From an uncultured Gammaproteobacteria bacterium (GTDB taxonomy: Bacteria > Pseudomonadota > Gammaproteobacteria > Pseudomonadales > Azotimanducaceae): DNA of 64,000 bases. Below the pieces are notes generated by a model, which searched no databases, was not told the DNA's origin, and saw nothing but the letters and a program-made list of their open reading frames with translations. The stretch is taken from assembly GCA_963822125.1 (NCBI GenBank), contig CAWGGQ010000017.1, positions 14,357 through 78,356 of the forward strand, given 5' to 3'. Shown here piece by piece: positions 36,653 through 46,206 of this stretch (position 1 is its first letter; the number at the start of each line of letters is the position of its first letter). The position numbers were made by a program, and so were the translations under genes.

Positions 36653-37093
36653 ATGCAACTCGTAATGAAACAGCTCGACCTGGTGGTGCGCGACATGGAC
36701 GCGAGCATCGCGTTCTATCGCGCGGCGGGCGTAGAGATTCCGGAGTCGGCGATCTGGCGCACTGCGAGCGGCGCACACCACGTCGACCTGACCTTGCCCG
36801 GTGGAATGACGCTGCACTTCGACAGCCCCGCGCTTGCCAAGGTGTACAACCGCGGCTGGCGCGAGTGGAGCGGCGAAGGCAGTCGCACGGTGGTGACGTT
36901 CAGCGTGCCGGCGCGCGAAGACGTCGACCGCATCCATACAAAGCTGACGGCGTTGGGTCACAAGACGTTGCAACCCCCGTTCGATCCGTTCTGGGGCGCG
37001 CGATACGCGATTATCGAAGATCCCGACGGCAATCAGATCGGCTTCATGAGTCCGTCGGATCCGGCGCGCCGCGGACCGCCGCCGGATCTGTGA
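36653..37093 (+). CDS. VOC/glyoxalase family protein
   Basis: LDLVVRDMDASIAFYRAAG..ARYAIIEDPDGNQIGF. Confidence 0.75.
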   Translation: MQLVMKQLDLVVRDMDASIAFYRAAGVEIPESAIWRTASGAHHVDLTLPGGMTLHFDSPALAKVYNRGWREWSGEGSRTVVTFSVPAREDVDRIHTKLTALGHKTLQPPFDPFWGARYAIIEDPDGNQIGFMSPSDPARRGPPPDL

Positions 37094-37109
37094 TCGCTAA
37101 GGGGGAGCG

Positions 37110-38309
37110 GTGCTGTTCGACCCTGCGCGACACGAGACGCTAACGGAAACGCCGTGGCGCGAATCGGCGGCGCGTGAGGCGATGGAGCGCATTGTCGCCG
37201 ACACGAGGGCCGCGTATTCGAAAGAAGGTCTGTGGCCGATTCATCCGCTCGACCGTTCACCCGAACGCGCCGATCCGTTGAAACCCATTTACTACGGCGC
37301 GGCCGGCGTCGTCTGGACATTGCTGCATCTGCAGCGTGCCGGAATGGCCGATGCGGGCGACTACCTGCCGGCTGTTGCCACACTTCTGGAACGGCATCGC
37401 GAAGATTCACTGCGATTGGCCGGCGCGCCAATACTGGCGTATCCGACCGGCGACGCAGGCATCGCGTTGCTGCATTGGACGATGGCGCCATCGCACGCGA
37501 ATGCCGATGAGCTGTATCGCGTGATCGAAGCGAACAAGTCACATGCGTCGCTCGGCTTCGGTTGGGGTGGCGCTGGTTCCATGCTCGCCGCGCTGTTCAT
37601 GTTCGAACGCACGCTCGAGCCGCGTTGGAAGACGTTGTACCTCAACCTCTTCGACGAACTGTGGCGGCGTTGGGACTTCGACGAAGCGTTCGGTTGTCAC
37701 CTGTGGATGCACGATCTCTACGGCATTCGTGAGCAACGCCTCGGCGGGTTGCACGGTATGGCCGCGACGTTGTCGTGCATGCTGCGCGGCCGGGCGATGT
37801 TGTCGGCGGATCGTTGTCGTGAACTCGAACGGCGCGCCACGGCGGCGCTGTCGGCAACGGCGGTGCGCGACGGGTCGTTCGCGAATTGGCCGCTTGCAGC
37901 GGATGCCGCGAATCGTCCCGGAATTCTGTGGCTGCAGCATTGCAGCGGCGCGCCAGGCATCGTGAATTGCCTCGCGTCGTTGCCGAGCGATCCCCAAACA
38001 GACGAACTGCTGATCGCCGGCGGCGAGCTGACGTGGTGCGCCGGCCCCACCGTGAAATTGCCGAGCCTGTGCCACGGTGCATCGGGCAGCGGCTACGCGT
38101 TCCTGAAACTGCACGCGCGTACTCGTGACGAACGCTGGCTGCAACGCGCGCGGCAGTTCGCCATGCACGGAATCGAACAAGCCGAGCGCGGTGTGCGGCA
38201 ACACGGACAGCGCAAGTTCTCGCTATGGACCGGCGACCTCGGCCTGGCCGTGTTCCTGTGCGACTGCATTCGCGTCGACGCGCGGTTTCCCACGCTCGAT
38301 GTGTTCTGA
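37110..38309 (+). CDS. LanC-like (lanthionine synthetase C-like) protein, stand-alone
   Basis: Repeated GxxG turns (YYGAAGVVW, TGDAGIALL, GWGGAGSML), plus HCSGAPG and LCHGASGSGYAF (zinc-ligand CHG-type motif). Confidence 0.75.
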   Translation: MLFDPARHETLTETPWRESAAREAMERIVADTRAAYSKEGLWPIHPLDRSPERADPLKPIYYGAAGVVWTLLHLQRAGMADAGDYLPAVATLLERHREDSLRLAGAPILAYPTGDAGIALLHWTMAPSHANADELYRVIEANKSHASLGFGWGGAGSMLAALFMFERTLEPRWKTLYLNLFDELWRRWDFDEAFGCHLWMHDLYGIREQRLGGLHGMAATLSCMLRGRAMLSADRCRELERRATAALSATAVRDGSFANWPLAADAANRPGILWLQHCSGAPGIVNCLASLPSDPQTDELLIAGGELTWCAGPTVKLPSLCHGASGSGYAFLKLHARTRDERWLQRARQFAMHGIEQAERGVRQHGQRKFSLWTGDLGLAVFLCDCIRVDARFPTLDVF

Positions 38310-38312
38310 ACC

Positions 38313-38843
38313 GTGTACGACCTCTATACGAGTTCATCCAACGACCGCTATCGCTTCGCCCTGGGTTGCAGCGGTGAACGCAAGCTCCTGGTGATCGGAC
38401 TGAACCCGAGCACGGCAACGCGAGAGAAGTCGGATACCACCGTCGCGAAGGTGGAGGCAGTGGCGCGACGCAACGGCCACGACGGCTTCGTGATGCTGAA
38501 CCTGTATCCGCTGCGTGCCACCGACCCCACGACGCTTCCGCACCGCGCGAACGCACAACAGATGCGGCGCAACCTCGACGTGATCGAAGCGATCGTTGCC
38601 GCCGAATCGAATCCGGTGGTGTGGGCAGCGTGGGGTGCGGCGATCGGTCATCGACCGTTCCTGCAATCGTGCGCACATGAATTGATGTCGCGGCTGCGCT
38701 GCTATCAACCGCGCTGGGTGTGCTACGGCGCGCCCACCGCCGAAGGACATCCGCGCCATCCCTCGCGCCTCAGCTATGGTTGGCGCTTTTCGGCATTCGA
38801 GGTCGAGGCCTATGCGCGACGTATTGCCACGGTTGCGCGATGA
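38313..38843 (+). CDS. DUF1643 domain protein
   Basis: LLVIGLNPSTATREKSDTTV..GFVMLNLYPLRATDP..AWG..HPRHPSRL. Confidence 0.75.
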   Translation: MYDLYTSSSNDRYRFALGCSGERKLLVIGLNPSTATREKSDTTVAKVEAVARRNGHDGFVMLNLYPLRATDPTTLPHRANAQQMRRNLDVIEAIVAAESNPVVWAAWGAAIGHRPFLQSCAHELMSRLRCYQPRWVCYGAPTAEGHPRHPSRLSYGWRFSAFEVEAYARRIATVAR

Positions 38844-39445
38844 CGGTTCGCGAAGGACGTGACGTGAATATCGAGTGTGTGGTGCTGGATGCGATGGGCG
38901 TGGTGTTTCGAGCCGCGGACGACGTGGCCGAAGTGCTGGTTCCGTTCGTACGCAAGCGCGGCGGTGTCGAAGACGTCGGCGCCATCGAAGCGGCCTATCT
39001 CGATGCCAGCCGAGGTTCGATCACCGCGGATGCGTTCTGGCTGAAGGTCGGCTTGTCGCCGTCGCTGGAGGACGACTATCTGAGCGGCCACGCGTTGGCG
39101 CCCGGTGCACGCGAATTCCTCGCGCTTGCGAGCGACATGGATACGCCGGTGTGGCTTCTCTCCAACGACGTGGAGCGATGGTCCAGGAAACTCCGCAGTG
39201 CATTCGCGCTAAACGCGTGGCTGTGCGGTGCGGTGATCAGCAGCGATGCGGCCGCGCGGAAGCCGGACGCCGCCATCTATCGCTACTTCATGCACAGGAG
39301 CGGGTACGATGCGCCCGCGATTCTGTTCGTCGACGACCGTGAGAAGAACGTTGCCGCTGCGGCGGCGTTGGGCATTCATGCGTTGCAGTTCGGCGTAAAC
39401 ACCGGGTTCGCTTCCCTGACGCCACACTTAAGGGGATTCCGATGA
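38840..39445 (+). CDS. HAD superfamily hydrolase with DxM in motif I (dehalogenase-like variant)
   Basis: VVLDAMGVVF (motif I), LLSND (motif II), KPD (motif III) and FVDDREKN (motif IV). ATGA overlap upstream. Confidence 0.7.
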   Translation: MTVREGRDVNIECVVLDAMGVVFRAADDVAEVLVPFVRKRGGVEDVGAIEAAYLDASRGSITADAFWLKVGLSPSLEDDYLSGHALAPGAREFLALASDMDTPVWLLSNDVERWSRKLRSAFALNAWLCGAVISSDAAARKPDAAIYRYFMHRSGYDAPAILFVDDREKNVAAAAALGIHALQFGVNTGFASLTPHLRGFR

Positions 39446-39939
39446 CTACGGAAATATCGCTGAAACCGTTCACGCGCGCCCATCTCGCAGCGCTCGCGAA
39501 ATGGGTGCGACAACCGCACGTCGCGCCGTGGTATCCGGAACCCGAAGCGAATCTGGCGTGGGCCGAAAGTCCACCGGATGGCGGCTTCCAGCGCATCATT
39601 GCGCGCGGCAACTCCGACGTCGGCTACATGCGCTGGCAATACGTTGATCGCGAAACGCTCGACTCGTTGGGCTTGCACGACATTCCGGAGAACTCGGTAG
39701 ATGCCGACATCCTGATCGGCGACCGCAGCGACGTCGGCAAAGGTTCCGGTCCGCTGGCACTCAACGCGCTGGCGGACGAGCTGCGCCGCGACCCGCGTGT
39801 GGCGCTGATCGGACTCACCACATCGGTTCGCAACACGCATGCGCATCGCGGTTTTGAAAAGGCCGGCTTTCGAATTTCACGTCAGTACGATCCAAACGGC
39901 TTCGGTCCGTGTCACCTGATGATTCTGAATTTGCGCTGA
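39442..39939 (+). CDS. GNAT acetyltransferase, Acetyltransf_8 / AAC(6')-like subfamily
   Basis: WYPEPE..IIARGNSDVGYMRWQ..ADILIGDRSDVGKGSGP..RNTHAHRGFEKAGFR. ATGA overlap upstream. Confidence 0.7.
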   Translation: MTTEISLKPFTRAHLAALAKWVRQPHVAPWYPEPEANLAWAESPPDGGFQRIIARGNSDVGYMRWQYVDRETLDSLGLHDIPENSVDADILIGDRSDVGKGSGPLALNALADELRRDPRVALIGLTTSVRNTHAHRGFEKAGFRISRQYDPNGFGPCHLMILNLR

Positions 39940-40003
39940 AATCGGCCACGCGAACAGTGCAGAGCGAGGCACGCGACGCTATCCTGCGCGTCGACACAAT
40001 CGC

Positions 40004-40219
40004 GTGGATCAGATGGGCAGCCGCAGTCGAAGAGTCACCGCAATCGCCGGCTTGTTCTATGTGGTGTTGATCGTCGGCAACGGTGTGCTGGCGTCGTGGT
40101 TTGCCGCCGTGCACGACATGCCGTGGGTGGCGATCGGCGTGGGGCTGCTCGCAGTCGTCGCGCTGGCGCTGACGATACGCATCATCCGTACGCAATATGC
40201 GGCCGACCGCGACGGTTAG
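40004..40219 (+). CDS. Possible small membrane protein (71 aa, 2 TM)
   Basis: Two hydrophobic segments. No homology recognised. Confidence 0.35.
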   Translation: MDQMGSRSRRVTAIAGLFYVVLIVGNGVLASWFAAVHDMPWVAIGVGLLAVVALALTIRIIRTQYAADRDG

Positions 40220-40275
40220 GCCCCAAGCGAACAAGACAAAGCGTACAAGACCATGCACACAGGAGCGAAACGCCC

Positions 40276-40692
40276 ATGACAGCGTCAGCACCCGAGGGAT
40301 GGCATACCGTCACACCGCGCATCGTCGTCAGCGACGTTGAAGCACTGATCGACTTTCTGCGGCACACGTTCGGCGCCGAAGGCGAGTTTCGCGCTGCGAT
40401 GCCGTCCGAGATCAAAATCGGCGACTCGATAGTGATGGTGAGCGGCGCGGGCGTTCGCGACACGGTCACCGCCTTCCTCTACGTTTACGTCGCCGATGCA
40501 GACGCCACTTACGAACGCGCGCTCGAGGCGGGCGCACAGTCGCTCGAAGAGCCGATGGATCTGCCCTACGGCGATCGTCGCGGCATGGTGAAAGATCCGT
40601 GGAACAACATCTGGCAGATTGCAACGCGGCAGGAAACGCTCTCGGTGGATGAAATCCGTAAGCGCCACGACGCCTTCGATTCGAAGCAATGA
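40276..40692 (+). CDS. VOC/glyoxalase family protein
   Basis: VTPRIVVSDVEALIDFLRHTFGA..YGDRRGMVKDPWNNIWQIA. Confidence 0.8.
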   Translation: MTASAPEGWHTVTPRIVVSDVEALIDFLRHTFGAEGEFRAAMPSEIKIGDSIVMVSGAGVRDTVTAFLYVYVADADATYERALEAGAQSLEEPMDLPYGDRRGMVKDPWNNIWQIATRQETLSVDEIRKRHDAFDSKQ

Positions 40693-41120
40693 TAAAAGGC
40701 AGCTGTTTGTGCGGCGGCGTCACGTTCGAGTTCGATCACTTCACCGGTCCGTTCGAACTGTGTCATTGCAGCCGTTGCCGCAAAGTCAGCGGCTCTGCGT
40801 TCATGGCCGGCGTCGCTACGCGACGCAGCGCGTTCCGATTCCTGACGGGCCACGATCTGGTGAGAACGTACGACGCGCCCATCCTGAAAGAGCCGCCTGC
40901 ATATCGCAGCATCTTCTGCAGCCGTTGCGGTTCGCCTGTGCCGGATCCGTCGTCTGATTCGGAGTGGATCGAAATTGCGGCCGGCACGCTCGACGACGAC
41001 CCGCAGGTGCGGCCCGATAAACACATCTTCATCGAGAAGAAAGCCGCGTGGCACGACATCGCTGACGCATTGCCGCAACTCGACGAAGCGGCACTACTCG
41101 AATATCGCTCGCGGCGGTGA
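40689..41120 (+). CDS. GFA family protein
   Basis: KGSCLCGGVTFEF..CHCSRCRKVSGSAF..FCSRCGSPV..GTLDDDP. ATGA overlap upstream. Confidence 0.85.
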   Translation: MIKGSCLCGGVTFEFDHFTGPFELCHCSRCRKVSGSAFMAGVATRRSAFRFLTGHDLVRTYDAPILKEPPAYRSIFCSRCGSPVPDPSSDSEWIEIAAGTLDDDPQVRPDKHIFIEKKAAWHDIADALPQLDEAALLEYRSRR

Positions 41121-41233
41121 TGGGTTCGACAGACCTCTCTATTACTCGCGCAATCTATTACCCGGACGATCTATCTCCCAAGAAGGGGATGCGGTCTAAT
41201 GCGCGCCGCGTGAATGCCGCGAACGAGGAATGT

Positions 41234-41704
41234 ATGGCAACGCACACCGCCGAAGTCTCCTGGTCGCGCGGCGAACAGAAGTTCGTCGACAACCGCTACA
41301 GCCGTAAACACGTGTTGAAATTCGACGGCGGCGCCCAGGTGCCGGGTTCATCGTCGCCGCACGTGGTCCCATTGCCCTATTCGGACGCAACGGCGGTCGA
41401 TCCCGAAGAAGCGTTCATCGGCTCGATTGCGAGTTGTCACATGCTGTTTTTTTTGTCGATTGCCGCTGCGCGCAGGTTCCGCATCGACGAGTACCACGAC
41501 AACGCGGTGGGTGTGATGGCCAAGAACGCTGCGGGGAAAATGGTGGTTGCGACGGTGACGCTGAAGCCCGAAGTGAAATTCTCCGGCGACAAGTTGCCGA
41601 CGCGCGCCGACATCGACGCGATGCATCACGAAGCGCACGACGAGTGCTTCATCGCGAACTCCGTCAAAACCGACGTGCATTGCGAGCCGGTCTATGTCGA
41701 GTAA
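41234..41704 (+). CDS. OsmC/Ohr family protein
   Basis: DPEEAFIGSIASCHMLFFLSIA..HDECFIANSVKT. Confidence 0.8.
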   Translation: MATHTAEVSWSRGEQKFVDNRYSRKHVLKFDGGAQVPGSSSPHVVPLPYSDATAVDPEEAFIGSIASCHMLFFLSIAAARRFRIDEYHDNAVGVMAKNAAGKMVVATVTLKPEVKFSGDKLPTRADIDAMHHEAHDECFIANSVKTDVHCEPVYVE

Positions 41705-42224
41705 TTCGCCGCTTGCGGCGCTGTTCGAACACAAGCTGCCGAGATTCTGGGTGCTGCTGATCGCCGCAGCGGCATTCGTGTGGGCTACCGGAAACACGTT
41801 GCCGCCGCTGGTGGCGTCGCATTTCGGCCTCGGCGGCCAGGCGGACGGCTTCATGGCGCGCAGCGACTACATGTCGTTCATGCTGATCGGCGTCGTTGCC
41901 ATTCCGCTGTTGATCGTGATTCCGCAACGCTTCGTGGAAACGATGCCGCCGCGGTTGATCAACGTGCCGAATCGCGATTACTGGCTGGCGCCCGAGCGGT
42001 TCGAATCGACCCTCGGCTATCTGCGCAATCACGCCGTGTGGTTTGCAATGCTGTTCATGGCATTGCTGTGCTTCATCCATTGGGAAGTGGTGCAGGCGAA
42101 CGCGCGTACACCCGCGCGTTTGATGGCGCAGTCGTTCATGATTGGAATGGTCGTATACGTCGTAGCCGTTCTGTTCTGGATTGCGGCGTTGATCCGGCAC
42201 TTCACGCGGCGACCGGCCGATTGA
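41694..42224 (+). CDS. Membrane protein, DUF1648-like
   Basis: Four hydrophobic helices. LPPLVASHFGLGGQADGF resembles the DUF1648 N-terminal motif. Confidence 0.45.
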   Translation: MSSNSPLAALFEHKLPRFWVLLIAAAAFVWATGNTLPPLVASHFGLGGQADGFMARSDYMSFMLIGVVAIPLLIVIPQRFVETMPPRLINVPNRDYWLAPERFESTLGYLRNHAVWFAMLFMALLCFIHWEVVQANARTPARLMAQSFMIGMVVYVVAVLFWIAALIRHFTRRPAD

Positions 42225-43541
42225 CTGCGCTCGCCGTGGATCACGGCGCGACGCTGCGCAAGGTATCGCGACGGCTCATCCCCTTCCTGTTCCTGTTGTA
42301 CGTAGCGGCGTATCTCGACCGCATCAACGTCGGCTTCGCGCAACTGCAGATGAAGAGCGCGCTCGGCTTCAGCGACGCGGTGTACGGGCTCGGCGCCGGC
42401 ATCTTCTTCATCGGCTACTTCCTGTTCGAAGTGCCGAGCAACCTGATCCTCGCTCGTGTCGGTGCGCGCGTGTGGATCGCGCGCATCATGATCACCTGGG
42501 GGCTCATCTCGTCGGCAATGGCGTTCGTGCAAACACCCGCGAGTTTCTACGTGCTGCGCTTCCTGCTCGGCGTGGCGGAAGCGGGCTTTTTCCCCGGCGT
42601 CATCTACTACCTCGGCCTGTGGTTTCCGGCGGAAGAACGCGCCGCCGCGGTCTCGCAAGTTCATGACGGCCACTGCAATTGCGGGCGTCATCGGCGGGCC
42701 GTTGGCCGCCGTGCTGTTCAAACTCGAAGGTGTTGCGGGCCTTGCGGGTTGGCAATGGATATTCGTTGCCGAAGGTCTGCCGTCGGTGCTGCTCGGGGTG
42801 ATCGTGCTGTTCTATCTCACGGAACGTCCGGACACGGCGCGCTGGTTGTCGCCGGAGGAGCGCGTGTATTTGAGTGCACGCGTGAAAGCGGGCGATGACG
42901 CCATCGATCGGCACGGCACCACTCCGCTGCGCGCTGCGTTGATGCATCCGATCGTCTGGCGGCTCGCGTTGTTGTACTTCACGCTGATCGTCGGCTTTTA
43001 CAGCATCAGCTTCTGGTCGCCGCAGATCATTCAATCGCTCTCCGGCCTCGGCAACGTGCAGGTGGCGCTGATCTCGGCGGTTCCGTATGGGGTCGCGGCA
43101 GTGGCGATGGTGATCGTCGGTGCGCATTCCGACCGCACGCGCGAGCGGTGCGGGCACGTTGCTGCTGCGGCGTTTGTCGGCGCACTGGGAATGATCGCGA
43201 CTGCATACGTTCATTCGCCGTTGCTCGGTGTGCTTGCGCTGAGTGTTGCTGCCGCGGGTATCTGGAGCGCGGTGCCGGTGTTCTGGTCGTTACCCACCGC
43301 ATTTCTCACGGGCACGGCCGCGGCCGGCGCCATCGCGTTGATCAACTCGTTCGGAAATCTCGCAGGGTTCGCGGCGCCGTATGCAATCGGCCGCGTGCGT
43401 GAAGCAACCGGCAGCTATTCCTTGAGCCTTCTGTTGATAGCGACATCGCTCGTGTGCAGCGTCGTCATCGTGTTGAGCCTGCGCGGGCGCCTGTTCAATC
43501 CTTCACCTGGATCGTCGCTAGATACTCGACCATCTCCTTGA
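42221..43541 (+). pseudogene. MFS transporter (anion:cation symporter-like); frame change near 42650
   Basis: YLDRINVGFAQLQM and GVAEAGFFPGVIYYLGLWFPAEERA are in one frame. FMTATAIAGVIGGPLA and the remaining TM segments are in the next. TTG/GTG start uncertain. Confidence 0.8.
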
Positions 43542-43896
43542 TTTTGTCCGTCGCGCGCGCCTCTCTACTTTTGTTGGCGCCATCCGGTTCGCCGAAGATA
43601 TTGCCCCAGACGGGCATCATCCGGTCGCCGTGCGCCCTGATGACCTCTCGTCCATCGATGGCGGCGGCCACACGAGCCGTCGGAAACACTCCGTCGTTGC
43701 GCTTCGCGAGATAACGCAGATCCGGCATCGCCCGCGGAGAATCGGCCACTGCCGGACCGTCGCCCTCCCCGTAGCGGCCGTGGCAACTTGCGCAGTTCGC
43801 CACGTATAGATCGCGACCCGAGCTCGTGTGCTGCGAGCACCCGCAGGCGAGCAGCAACATCGCGGCACATGATCCGAGCACGAAGGCGGTACGCAT
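43495..43896 (-). CDS. Class I c-type cytochrome, lipoprotein
   Basis: Lipobox-like LLLACGC, heme motif CASCHG and a distal Met (MMPVWG). Confidence 0.8.
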   Translation of the reverse strand: MRTAFVLGSCAAMLLLACGCSQHTSSGRDLYVANCASCHGRYGEGDGPAVADSPRAMPDLRYLAKRNDGVFPTARVAAAIDGREVIRAHGDRMMPVWGNIFGEPDGANKSREARATDKIKEMVEYLATIQVKD

Positions 43897-44008
43897 TGTT
43901 TTCGCAGGATCAGGTGCCCGGCCGCGGGTGGCTATACGAACTTCCACCAAGTGACCTGCGGGTAATTCCGGCGAACAATGGCACTCCATTCAGCGCGGAG
44001 TCCGGACA

Positions 44009-44957
44009 ATGCCGACCAAACCGTGGAAGGCGATTCTGGTTGCGGTTCGCGACCCGGGCGCGCGCAAGCAGATCGCGATCCGCAAAGCGGCGCGCATAGC
44101 CGCGTCGTCAGGCGCGCGGATCACACTCTTTCATGCGTTTTCGGTGCCGTTCCCGTTGCCGAATCCGACACTGTCGGATCCGAAGGCAATACTGCGCGCG
44201 GTTGCGAAACAGCGACGCGAGCAGCTGCAGAAGCTCGCGCGCCCGCTGCGTGCGGAGGGTCTCGCGGTGGAATGCGAAGCGGTATGGGATTTCCCGCCTG
44301 CACACGCGATCGTGCGGCGTGTTCTCGCCGAAAAACCGGATCTCGTGGTCGCCGAATCGCATCGTCACTCGCGGGTGGCGCGCTGGTTTCTCGCGAATTC
44401 GGATTGGGAGTTGATCCGGGAATGTCCGTGCCCCGTCTGGTTCGTGAAGCAGGAGAGGCTCGCGAAGAACGCCTTGGTTCTGACGGCGATCGATCCCACG
44501 CATGCGCGAGCGAAGCCGGCCGCACTCGACGACCGCCTGCTTCAGACTTCGGCGGCCGTGACGCGGGGGCTCGGTGGAAAAGTCGTGCTGCATACACGTC
44601 GAGGATACGGGCCGTCTACCGCCGATGCGGCTGATCGCGCGACCCGTGCGCGAGACCGACGCAATCGGTGCGGTTACGCCGGAAAGCATGGCGCGTCTCG
44701 CGAAACGCAATCATGTTGCAGTGGCGACGCACCTTCTGAAGACGGGAACGCCTGAAGACGAACTGGTGGAGACCGCCGCTGAACTGAAGGCCGATCTGCT
44801 GGTGATGGGCGCCGTATCACGCAGCGGTCTCGGCCACTCGCACATCGGCAGCACTGCGGAAGCGGTGATCGACAACGTGACGTGCGACGTGCTGATCGTC
44901 AAACCGCGTCAGTTCAAGACCGCGGTGCCCCGCAAAGGACCCAAGCTGGCCGGCTGA
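44009..44957 (+). pseudogene. Tandem universal stress protein (UspA family); frame change near 44592
   Basis: ILVAV..LVVAESHRHSRVARWF (domain 1), with LVLTAIDP..GGKVVL in one frame. HVEDT..ADLLVMGAVSRSGLGHSHIGSTAEAVIDNVTCDVLIVKP is in the next. Confidence 0.75.
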
Positions 44958-45010
44958 GTGTCGAATCGCCGTTAGGCGAGGGCGGCGAATTCGAAAGCAA
45001 GCCGCGGAGT

Positions 45011-45029
45011 GTTGTGCGCGGCGCGCAAC
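45011..45029. promoter_or_regulatory. Near-perfect palindrome upstream of ada (candidate operator)
   Basis: GTTGTGCGC-G-GCGCGCAAC lies about 60 nt before the ada ORF and contains a GCGCAA element. Function not demonstrated. Confidence 0.2.
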
Positions 45030-45086
45030 CCTAGATTGATGCCCTGACGTTGCCGGCGTTTCCGGTGACGCACCCAGGAGAGCATC

Positions 45087-46206
45087 ATGAACGCCTCGAT
45101 CTCGATAACGATTCCGATAACAGCGCCGATGACCACCGTGTTCGATACCGATGCACAGCGCTGGGACGCCGTGCAGCAGCGAGACTCACGCGCGGACGGC
45201 GCCTTCTTCTATTCCGTGCGCACCACCGGCGTGTATTGCCGGCCGTCGTGTGCGTCGCGGTTGGCGCGTCGCGAGAACGTTGCGTTCCACGCGAGCTGTG
45301 CCGATGCCGAACAGGCAGGCTTCAGACCGTGCAAACGTTGCCGGCCGAACGAAGCACCGCTCGCCGAACGGCAAGCGGCCGCGGTCGAGAAGGCGTGCCG
45401 GTTGATCGAAGCGGCCGACGCGCCGCTGTCGCTCGACGAACTCGCGGCGGCGGTCGGCATCAGCCGCTATCATTTCCATCGCGTCTTCAAAGGCGTGCAC
45501 GGGAGTAACGCCGAAGGCATATGCAGATGCGCGTCGCGCCGATCGCGTGCGCAACGAATTGCCGAAACGTGCGTCGGTGACGGATGCAATCTACGAAGCC
45601 GGTTTCAATTCGAACGGCCGCTTCTACGCGCAAACGTCGCAGACGCTCGGCATGAAACCGAGCGATTACCGCGCCGGCGGCAGCGGCGCATCGATTCGCT
45701 TCGCGGTGGGGCAATGTTCGCTCGGCTCGATTCTGGTGGCGGCCACGGCGCGCGGGGTGTGCGCGATCACGCTCGGCGACGATCCGGACGAACTCGTGCG
45801 CGATCTGCAGGACCGCTTTCCCAATGCAACGCTGAGCGGCGGCGACGCCGCGTTCGAGCAGTGGGTTGCGACGGTGGTCGGCTTCGTCGAGGCGCCGCAA
45901 CTCGGTCTCGATCTGCCGCTCGACGTGCGAGGCACGGCATTTCAGCAGCGCGTATGGAAAGCGTTGCGCGAGATTCCGCCGGGTTCCACCGCGAGCTATG
46001 CCGACATTGCAACGCGCGTCGGCGCGCCGAAAGCCGTGCGTGCCGTTGCGCAGGCGTGCGCTGCCAACGCGCTTGCAGTGGCGATTCCGTGTCATCGCGT
46101 CGTTCGCAAAGACGGCGCGCTGTCGGGTTATCGCTGGGGCGTGGATCGCAAGCGCGAGCTGCTGAAGCGCGAGACTGACTTTAAGTCCGAGACAGGGGCT
46201 TCGTGA
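45087..46206 (+). pseudogene. ada: Bifunctional Ada: methylphosphotriester methyltransferase/AraC regulator plus O6-methylguanine-DNA methyltransferase; frame change near 45500
   Basis: The N-terminal part has a Zn cluster (YCRPSCASR..FRPCKRCRP). The AraC HTH spans the shift (ISRYHFHRVFKG / TGVTPKAYADARR). The C-terminal part has the PCHRV active site. Confidence 0.85.

Noticed and set aside
37110-38309. A lanthipeptide biosynthetic gene cluster
   Set aside because: Only the LanC-like cyclase-fold protein is present. No dehydratase, precursor peptide, protease or ABC transporter lies within several kb.
40215-40221. Isolated GTTAGGC core-site matches (also at 26729, 29345 and 44972) as additional attC sites
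   Set aside because: No inverse-core partner or complementary arm lies within 50-150 nt upstream, and two of them sit inside well-supported coding sequence. They are probably chance 7-mers.
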